The notes beneath the pieces were generated by a model. It made no database searches. It saw nothing but the letters and a program-made list of their open reading frames with translations, and was not told the origin of the DNA. The position numbers and the translations under genes are program-made. DNA of 32,000 nt from Candidatus Lokiarchaeum ossiferum (GTDB lineage Archaea > Asgardarchaeota > Lokiarchaeia > Sigyniarchaeales > Promethearchaeaceae): positions 3,810,001 to 3,842,000 of the forward strand of contig CP104013.1 in NCBI GenBank assembly GCA_025839675.1, written 5' to 3'. How positions within the stretch are numbered: the first letter of the stretch is position 1; every line of letters begins with the position of its first letter. This document shows positions 25,863-32,000 of the stretch, piece after piece.

Positions 25863-26645
25863 CTATAAACGATGGATGTGGAATCCGCCATCAATATTTA
25901 GAACTTGGCCGGTTGAATAGGGGATTTTCCCTTCCGCTAGTGCTACCGATGCCATACCAATATCTTTGGGAGTCCCCCAACGCTTGATTGGGAGCAGTCC
26001 TTCCTCAATAAGACCATCATATTTTTGCTTTACTCCCCTTGTCATGGGGGTAGTAATGATTCCGGGTTGGATTTCAAATACAGGTATGTGATATTCGGCC
26101 AGACGATCGGCATAGAGCTTTGTCATCATAGAGAGTCCTGCTTTCGAAACACAATATTCTCCGCGTGCGGGGGAGCTTGTGTAGGCAGAAATACTAGAAA
26201 TATTGATGATTGATGGGTGATAATCTTGCTTCTCATAATTCTTCTGTAGTTCAATCATCCAATTTACGAGAGTTTGCGTAAGAAAATAAGGCCCTTGTAG
26301 ATTAATTTTCATAACCATCTCAAAACTTTGTTCGGTGGCTTCAAGAATATCCTTTCGTTCCGGAGGGGCAATTCCTGCATTATTCACCAATACATCTATG
26401 TGTCCTACTTGAGTTTGGATGTTCTTAACTAATGTTTCGCGGGATTCAGTAGAAGATATATCACAATGGAGAAAAAGATATTGATCTTCAAATCCTGGAA
26501 ACAATTCCCCTTGGGGTTCTCGACGAGCACAAACAATCGCGAAGTATTTAGCTTTTAAAAATTCTACAGCGATCCCATGTCCTATTCCTTGAGTTCCCCC
26601 CGTGATAAGTACTACTTTTTTCTTTGTCCGTTCTGCTTTGCTCAT
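25863..26645 (-). CDS. Short-chain dehydrogenase/reductase (classical SDR, FabG-like)
   Basis: Cofactor motif TGGTQGIGHGIA, NNAG, catalytic S...YCVSK (Y-x-x-x-K), and PGIITTPM. The start overlaps the upstream gene's stop (ATGA). TAG stop. Confidence 0.9.
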   Translation of the reverse strand: MSKAERTKKKVVLITGGTQGIGHGIAVEFLKAKYFAIVCARREPQGELFPGFEDQYLFLHCDISSTESRETLVKNIQTQVGHIDVLVNNAGIAPPERKDILEATEQSFEMVMKINLQGPYFLTQTLVNWMIELQKNYEKQDYHPSIINISSISAYTSSPARGEYCVSKAGLSMMTKLYADRLAEYHIPVFEIQPGIITTPMTRGVKQKYDGLIEEGLLPIKRWGTPKDIGMASVALAEGKIPYSTGQVLNIDGGFHIHRL

Positions 26646-28039
26646 ATATTTCCTTCCTTCAATAACTCTTCCCGTGATTGTCCCTTAAAATAAGGGCGAT
26701 AAGTTTTTGCATCGCGGATCATACATCCCGTAACAGTTCCCTTTCGCATTAATTCGGTGCATTTAGAGCAGCTAATACAACATTTCTTCGGATCCAATCC
26801 ACTTTGTTCGAAAATTTGTTGGCCAAATTCGGGATTAGCAAAAGCCATTCTTCCATAACCTACCATATCTACATTTCCAGCCTCAATTTCGGCCGTTCCA
26901 ACCAATGCGGAATATTCCCGTAACCATGAATAACCGGTCCCTATTATTTTGACATTTTTAGGTATTCCTTGGCGGATGGTCCGGGTTAGTGAAAGAAATC
27001 GGGCAACTCCCTCTAAAGGATGTTCTTGAGGTAGAGATCCTCCTGGGACTGTCTGATCAAAAGGGCGGCCCAAACTTGGATCAAAATAGGGATTTCCTAA
27101 ACTAAGATTGAAGAGGTCCATTCCTAATTCATGTAAATCTGTAATTAATTGGATCGGTTCGGTCAAATCTGGCGTTGGGGGGTAATTTTTTTCAACCTCT
27201 TTTTTGACTCCCCAACCATAAGGATAAGGGATACCATCATAAATGTTCACTCGACTCGCTATTAGAAAATTTGGACTCCCGAATTTGGAAGAGACCCGTT
27301 TAACAATTTCTTTTACTAATCTTGTTCGATTTTCAAAAGATTCTCCCCCATAAGGAGAATTTTCTCGTGTGAATGCACTTAACGATTCATTTAGAAGATA
27401 TCGATGGCACAATTTGATGTCCACTCCATCAAATCCAATTTCTTTGGCCAGGGCTGTGGCTGTTTCATAATCGGAAACCAGATTAGATAGATAATCATCA
27501 GAGAGTATAGTGCCATCGGATGTTTTTTGGTGATATCGCTCATCTAAAGGGGCGTATTCATACATGCGCTGAGGATACTTGCCTTCCGGTCGTGAATATC
27601 TCCCCGAATGGTTTAATTGTAGGATTTTAATGGATTTTCCATAATTCGGATTTCGTTTCTGATTGATTTCTTCTGCTTTTTCTGCATCTATGATCAATTT
27701 TTGGACGGAGTGTTTATTCTCTTCAGTTAGCATGAGTTGGTAGGGGTTGGAGCGGCTTTCCTTACTGATTGCGGTGGATTCATACCATAGGAGTCCAGCC
27801 CCCGATGTCCCAAAGCGTCGATATCTCCGTTTTGTTAAAGAAGTTGGTGAACCCGTGGTTGTTGAATCACATCCTTCCATTGGATGGATGACTAAGCGAT
27901 TTGGGAAAGTTAAACTCTTGATTTTTAAAGGTGATTTTAGAGAATTTAATGATTTTGCTAAGTGGATGTCCAGTTTTAATGACGATATTTTATCTTGCAG
28001 ATCTTGCTGTGATTTGAATCGAAAGATTTCATGCACCAT
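26642..28039 (-). CDS. Old-yellow-enzyme-like NADH:flavin oxidoreductase (FMN TIM barrel) with a C-terminal Cys cluster. Resembles the 2,4-dienoyl-CoA/enoate-reductase N-terminal half
   Basis: Motifs FPNRLVIHPM, GAGLLWYESTAI, LQLNHSGR, GFDGVDIKLCHRYLLNESLS, ENRTR and GYGRMAFANPEF, followed by CCISCSKCTELMRKGTVTGC. It lacks the FAD/NAD(P) C-terminal domains of full-length family members. Confidence 0.85.
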   Translation of the reverse strand: MVHEIFRFKSQQDLQDKISSLKLDIHLAKSLNSLKSPLKIKSLTFPNRLVIHPMEGCDSTTTGSPTSLTKRRYRRFGTSGAGLLWYESTAISKESRSNPYQLMLTEENKHSVQKLIIDAEKAEEINQKRNPNYGKSIKILQLNHSGRYSRPEGKYPQRMYEYAPLDERYHQKTSDGTILSDDYLSNLVSDYETATALAKEIGFDGVDIKLCHRYLLNESLSAFTRENSPYGGESFENRTRLVKEIVKRVSSKFGSPNFLIASRVNIYDGIPYPYGWGVKKEVEKNYPPTPDLTEPIQLITDLHELGMDLFNLSLGNPYFDPSLGRPFDQTVPGGSLPQEHPLEGVARFLSLTRTIRQGIPKNVKIIGTGYSWLREYSALVGTAEIEAGNVDMVGYGRMAFANPEFGQQIFEQSGLDPKKCCISCSKCTELMRKGTVTGCMIRDAKTYRPYFKGQSREELLKEGNI

Positions 28040-28171
28040 TACCTTTTATTTATCCCTTGAAATTTTTAAACCTTTAATCAAAGTTGAGAAAAAGTACAAA
28101 TTTGAATAATTCCCTAGAAGCTGAAAATCGCAATGCAAAGGAATAAAAGTTTATAAAATGTATTCGTATAT

Positions 28172-29932
28172 GTGGCATATCTTAGGAATTTTCCCCGAAT
28201 AAAGATCTTTGGACTCATAACCTTATGCTTAAACAGTGTTTCTATCATCCTTGCTCTCATTTATCTACTTTTACAAAAGTCTGCTTTTGCTTGGAATTTT
28301 GTAGGTGTATTCTTCCTTATTAATCTGTTAAGTACAATGGTGTTTTCTGTTTGTTTAGCGTACCATACCCAAAGAAAGTTGAAATTGGGCTATCATCTGA
28401 ATTTATGGTGTTATGGATATCTTCTTTTTGTTATTGGAGCCGTTTTTATAGTTTTTCTGGCCATTTTTATCGGGTTTAATGATAGTCTCTTTGAGAATCT
28501 TGGCTTAGGGCTTTTACTCTACGGTAGTAATTTTGGACTCCTTCTTTTTGGAATAAAATTATCACTGTTTAGCATTCTACCAAAGTATCAACGGGCCATT
28601 TCTACAACGGCATTTAATCCCCAATTAGCATGGACTTTGGGCATGAAATCCTTAAAGAAACTATGGATTTTAAAGAAGGGTTGCATTATAATGTGTTTGT
28701 TTGGATTAATATTCGGCGGTATAGTTGTGTTTACACTCTTCTTCGGAATCCATGGAGGTTTTCAAATTTTCATGCTTGGAGTGTTTGCCGGGCAAGCAGG
28801 GCTCTTTTTTGGGATTGTGTTTCTAAGTACATCACTAATTCTTCTCAGAACAACCTATTCATATTCGAAGATCAAAATTCCATCCCGTATCATCGGTTTA
28901 ATTGGCATTCTCATTTCGGGAATATGTTTTTTACCTCTCCTCTCCACACCCCAATTTGCCATAAATGCTGAAAATTCTTTTTCTGAACGATTTGATCCTG
29001 TTTTTTCCGGAGATTGGAACGCTAAAATCTTGAATTCTGGCCATGATGCTTATTTTTTACAGACTCCTTTTTCTCTGGCGGGATATTTTCTTGGCTCACC
29101 AAATTATGACTGCATTGTAAATAGAGATGTGTTATATTTGGATGGAGACACTAGTAATTATTCGGTGGATGCAGGAGTTCAATTATATTTTGATGCATAT
29201 CTCCCAACTGAGCCTGCAAATAATCTTCCTGGGAACTATTCAACTCTAATTCGTATACATGGGGGTGGATGGACCATTGGAGATAAAGGACTAGGCAATG
29301 TAATTACGATGAATCGTTATTTCGCGGCTCAGGGATATTGTGTCTTCGATATTCAGTATGGTCTCAACAATGGCCCCGAAAACATGGGTATTCCTTTCAT
29401 CACTCCCTCGAATGTGCTTGGGAATTTTTCCTTAGATGATATGATGCGGCATATAGGTGCCTTTACTTTCTTTTTAGAAGATCATCAAGAGGAATATGGT
29501 GCCAATTTGGATTCAGTATTTATTTCTGGTGGATCTGCGGGCGGACAATTGGCCTCCGCAACTGCTTTAAGCATGCAAAATGGAAGTTATGGAGAAACCT
29601 TTAGTGATGCCTTTACCATAAAAGGTTTAATCCCCTATTATCCCGCAAATAATGTCACCATGGATTTTGCTCGTGAAAGTCGACCTGAATGGAAGAATCC
29701 TGAACTTTTAGTTTCGGAACAAAGCCCTCCCTGCTTGATTTTCCAAGGGGAACAAGACCATTTGATATATCGGGCAAAGTCATTTGAAAACACGTATTTA
29801 GATCACAATAACCGGGAAATTTCTGTCCTACTCTTTCCCTTTGCAGGGCATGCGAATGATTTGTATTTCCCGGGCTATTATAATCAAGTCTTTTTGTACT
29901 ATATGGAGCGATTCATGTATTTATATCGTTAA
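28172..29932 (+). CDS. Membrane-embedded alpha/beta hydrolase: a ~8-TM N-terminal domain fused to a C-terminal esterase/lipase domain
   Basis: The N-terminal ~270 aa are polytopic and hydrophobic. The C-terminal part has HGGGW (oxyanion hole), the nucleophile elbow GGSAGG, EQDH and FAGHAND. GTG start; no in-frame upstream ATG before a TAA. Confidence 0.8.
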   Translation: MAYLRNFPRIKIFGLITLCLNSVSIILALIYLLLQKSAFAWNFVGVFFLINLLSTMVFSVCLAYHTQRKLKLGYHLNLWCYGYLLFVIGAVFIVFLAIFIGFNDSLFENLGLGLLLYGSNFGLLLFGIKLSLFSILPKYQRAISTTAFNPQLAWTLGMKSLKKLWILKKGCIIMCLFGLIFGGIVVFTLFFGIHGGFQIFMLGVFAGQAGLFFGIVFLSTSLILLRTTYSYSKIKIPSRIIGLIGILISGICFLPLLSTPQFAINAENSFSERFDPVFSGDWNAKILNSGHDAYFLQTPFSLAGYFLGSPNYDCIVNRDVLYLDGDTSNYSVDAGVQLYFDAYLPTEPANNLPGNYSTLIRIHGGGWTIGDKGLGNVITMNRYFAAQGYCVFDIQYGLNNGPENMGIPFITPSNVLGNFSLDDMMRHIGAFTFFLEDHQEEYGANLDSVFISGGSAGGQLASATALSMQNGSYGETFSDAFTIKGLIPYYPANNVTMDFARESRPEWKNPELLVSEQSPPCLIFQGEQDHLIYRAKSFENTYLDHNNREISVLLFPFAGHANDLYFPGYYNQVFLYYMERFMYLYR

Positions 29933-29992
29933 AATATGTTCGAAATTTATCCCTCATCGTTTATATTGTAAAGTTTCACTTTATTTGACAAG

Positions 29993-30323
29993 ATGTTTCC
30001 AAAAAATCTGAAAAAAAATAAAAACATCGGCATGATTGTAGTTTCAGCCCTATTAATTGTAACTATTCAAATTCCGTTTGGTAATTCAAATCCAATAGCA
30101 AATACTCGCTATAATGTTCATGGTCCTTCGATTGAATTAAATAACTCTATCTATCTGGATACTGCAAATGTGGTGATAAACTGCTCCAATGGTAAACATC
30201 AATATGTTGCAACTGATATCAACTGATATCAAAGAAAATATTCTCAGTGCTCAAAGCGTGTTAGGTTTGTCTGGTCTTGGGATTGGGATCATAATTTTCT
30301 TAAAAAAACGATTCAAAAATTAA
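29993..30323 (+). pseudogene. Small secreted, C-terminally anchored protein gene frameshifted by a 10-bp tandem duplication
   Basis: The track ORF 29993..30226 ends in a TGA created inside the second copy of aactgatatc. Deleting one copy joins ...YVATDI to KENILSAQSVLGLSGLGIGIIIFLKKRFKN* (stop at 30321..30323). That tail is a TM anchor plus basic tail, the same architecture as the 520-aa surface protein. Confidence 0.6.
30211..30230. repeat. Perfect 10-bp tandem duplication (aactgatatc x2)
   Basis: Read directly from the sequence. Confidence 0.95.
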
Positions 30324-30369
30324 TGCAAGATCCAAAATTTTTTTAATCTATAATGTTCTATAGACTATT

Positions 30370-30594
30370 ATGGGTGAAAATACTTCAATTCAAATCAAGA
30401 AGGATACCAAGATCAAGCTTGATTCCCTTAAATTATCGAAACGCGACTCATATAATGATGTTATTGAAAATTTACTTGAAGATTCTAGCGAATTGAATGA
30501 AGAAACACTGAAGGATATCGAGGATGCTTTGAAAGAATATAAAGATGGTCAGACATCCTCTCTCGAAGATGTAAAGCATCAATTGGGATTTTAA
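30370..30594 (+). CDS. Type II antitoxin (RHH/RelB-like) of the RelE/ParE module
   Basis: 74 aa, with the stop immediately abutting the toxin's ATG (TAAATG). The N-terminal beta-strand-plus-helix pattern (TSIQIKKDTKIKLDSLK...SYNDVIENLL) is followed by an acidic C-terminal tail. Confidence 0.7.
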   Translation: MGENTSIQIKKDTKIKLDSLKLSKRDSYNDVIENLLEDSSELNEETLKDIEDALKEYKDGQTSSLEDVKHQLGF

Positions 30595-30849
30595 ATGTTT
30601 GAGATCCAATTTTCTAAAAAAGCTATAAAGGCTCTTAAAGATCTTCCCCGCCCAATATCAAAACGAATATTTGAGAAAATTTCTGAATTGAAAGAAAGCC
30701 CATACCAAAATTCCATTAAAAAATTGGCAACTCAACCCTATTTTCGACTGCGAGTTGGTGATTATCGTGTAATATTTGCAATTTTAAAGAAAGAACTAAT
30801 AATTTTAGTAATTAAAATTGCTCATCGAAAAAAAATTTATAAACGTTAA
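30595..30849 (+). CDS. RelE/ParE-family type II toxin (mRNA interferase)
   Basis: 84 aa. FSKKAIKALKDLPRPISKRIFEKISEL...YFRLRVGDYRVIFAI....LIILVIKIAHRKKIY matches the family consensus (yRlRvGdYRviY...v..I.hRkevY). Confidence 0.9.
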   Translation: MFEIQFSKKAIKALKDLPRPISKRIFEKISELKESPYQNSIKKLATQPYFRLRVGDYRVIFAILKKELIILVIKIAHRKKIYKR

Positions 30850-30887
30850 AAGAATTTATCTGAGAATCATATGGAGTAACAAACACA

Positions 30888-31838
30888 ATGCCCTTTCTCT
30901 CCCGAACCCAACTCATAAAGCTCTTTCAATCATCTAAATTTATCCCCGAATCAATAAAGGGACAAAATTACATCGCTGATTATGCCCTGTGTCGGAAGAT
31001 TGGAAATTGTGCAAAGGGTTCCGAGCAATATAAATGCATTTTAGAAATTGGCCCTGGATTTGGGGCTTTCACAGATTTTTTATTCCCCTTGTCGGAAAAG
31101 GTATGCGTGGTAGAAAAAGATCCAAAATCCTCACAATATTTGATGGATTATTATAAATCTCGTATTCCCACCCAAGTGATCAATTCACGGGAAATTCAAT
31201 ATTTGGGTTATGTGCCCTTGAAAACGCAATTAACCATAGTTGAAGATGATTTTTTTTCACTTCCTACTCCTGACGCGGAATTAATAATTTCTAACATTCC
31301 CTTTACCCATGTATTTGAGTTCATATTAAAACTAACAGAATCCTGGAATTCCCGGCGCGCGCTTCTTATTCTACAAAAAGAAGTCATGGATCATATTCTG
31401 GCTCGACCTAACCAATCGGGGTACACAATTCTTTCTGTCATTTGCGGTTTCTTTTTCGATTCTCAAATCTTGCTTGAAATTCCATCAAAATCCTTCTATC
31501 CTAAACCAAAAGTATCTTCGCTGCTAATTGAACTTCTTCCGAACAAAAATTTGAATCTTGAACTGATTTCAAAAGAAGAAAGGAAAAATTTCCTTGTTTT
31601 TCTAAAAACTGTTATGCAATTCAAGGAAAAACATCTGCAAAATACTTTTCTTTTAATCCAAGCACAGAATCCCTTGTTTTTTGAAAATTTTCCACATTTT
31701 AAGGATGCCTTAAGAGAACTAAATCTAAATCGGTCCGTTTTACGGGAAATGACCCCTGCAGCGATATTTCATCTAATGCAAAAATCGAGAAAAAAAATGA
31801 ATGATTTACGAGCGAATTGTGAGCCGATAGGCTCGTAA
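30888..31838 (+). CDS. ksgA: rRNA adenine N6,N6-dimethyltransferase family protein (KsgA/RsmA/Dim1-like), divergent
   Basis: GQNYI (cf. GQNFL), SAM loop ILEIGPGFGAFT, VVEKDP, motif IV SNIPF (canonical N-L/I-P-Y) and SFYPKPKVSS (cf. M. jannaschii Dim1 SAFYPKPKVYS). It has a ~25-aa N-terminal extension and a longer C-terminus than typical ~270-aa archaeal Dim1. Confidence 0.7.
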   Translation: MPFLSRTQLIKLFQSSKFIPESIKGQNYIADYALCRKIGNCAKGSEQYKCILEIGPGFGAFTDFLFPLSEKVCVVEKDPKSSQYLMDYYKSRIPTQVINSREIQYLGYVPLKTQLTIVEDDFFSLPTPDAELIISNIPFTHVFEFILKLTESWNSRRALLILQKEVMDHILARPNQSGYTILSVICGFFFDSQILLEIPSKSFYPKPKVSSLLIELLPNKNLNLELISKEERKNFLVFLKTVMQFKEKHLQNTFLLIQAQNPLFFENFPHFKDALRELNLNRSVLREMTPAAIFHLMQKSRKKMNDLRANCEPIGS

Positions 31839-31901
31839 TAGTGAATAATTTCACTCGATTTCCTTTCCATAATGTTAAGGATAAGAAGGGTGGATGGTTT
31901 A

Positions 31902-32000
31902 ATGAGAAAAAAGGTTAAAACGTTATTTGTGGGTCAAATATTCGTAATAGATGGTTTTAGGATGCCTTTTTTTATGAAGCTCATTACGCATCATTATCTA
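31902..32000 (+). CDS. Possible 5' end of a CDS running off the window
   Basis: The ATG at 31902 is preceded by the SD-like GGGTGGA. The frame is open for 33 codons to the window end (MRKKVKTLFVGQIFVIDGF...). There is no homology evidence. Confidence 0.25.
   Translation, partial: MRKKVKTLFVGQIFVIDGFRMPFFMKLITHHYL

Noticed and set aside
2770-28971. Many short track ORFs nested inside or antisense to the large genes. Examples: 2770..2961, 5073..5333, 6310..6552, 6698..6922, 7663..7899, 8438..8632, 11220..11495, 12871..13116, 13147..13365, 16408..16593, 17753..17959, 18832..19056, 20672..20902, 21152..21373, 21840..22079, 22515..22793, 23589..23837, 24212..24424, 24395..24697, 24710..24916, 26025..26213, 27747..28109 and 28630..28971.
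   Set aside because: Each lies within a longer ORF that has clear family motifs. Their translations are low-complexity or compositionally odd and lack any motif. They are typical shadow ORFs.
1-32000. Search for CRISPR arrays, tRNA/rRNA genes and long (>300 bp) repeats.
   Set aside because: Scanning the intergenic regions by eye found no regularly spaced direct repeats and no conserved tRNA T-loop or anticodon-arm patterns. A by-eye scan cannot exclude short or degenerate elements, so tRNAscan-SE, Infernal and a self dot-plot should be run.

Overview
Visibly AT-rich, gene-dense chromosomal segment with about 30 protein genes. I found no rRNA, tRNA or CRISPR array, and no recognisable integrase or transposase. 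Several traits suggest an archaeal host, possibly Asgard or Lokiarchaeia-like, but this is inference only. These traits are TATA-like boxes about 25-30 nt upstream of start codons with little leader, an AN1 zinc finger fused to an intramembrane protease, a sequon-dense surface protein with a C-terminal TM anchor, a stand-alone LRR protein and a Dim1/KsgA-type methyltransferase. Confident calls are cysS, eda and kdgK (ATGA-coupled), a Gfo/Idh/MocA oxidoreductase, an MFS transporter and a MacB-type ABC exporter (ATPase plus 829-aa FtsX permease). Others are a PadR-type regulator, an OYE-like FMN/Fe-S oxidoreductase-SDR-FAD flavoprotein operon, three serine hydrolases, a tandem Isf-like flavoprotein and a RelE/ParE toxin-antitoxin pair. 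Main items for follow-up: (1) A sugar-acid (KDG) utilisation-like locus centred on an uncharacterised 667-aa enzyme. A probable secreted paralog of it starts at the window edge, and a perfect 22-bp palindrome sits in the divergent promoter. (2) A ~1.9-kb cassette bounded by ~91 % identical direct repeats that duplicate the convergent 3' ends and terminator region of the MFS and surface-protein genes. The cassette carries an AN1-ZnF-CPBP protease gene broken by one in-frame TAG inside catalytic motif 2, plus a relic of the 3' end of the FAD-oxidoreductase gene located 8 kb away. (3) A small anchored-protein gene frameshifted by a perfect 10-bp tandem duplication. (4) A DUF6516/TumE-like candidate toxin with a non-canonical helical partner. 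(5) The translationally coupled three-enzyme redox operon of unknown substrate. I cannot show that any of these is a truly undescribed system without database and structure searches. All family assignments come from motif reading by eye.
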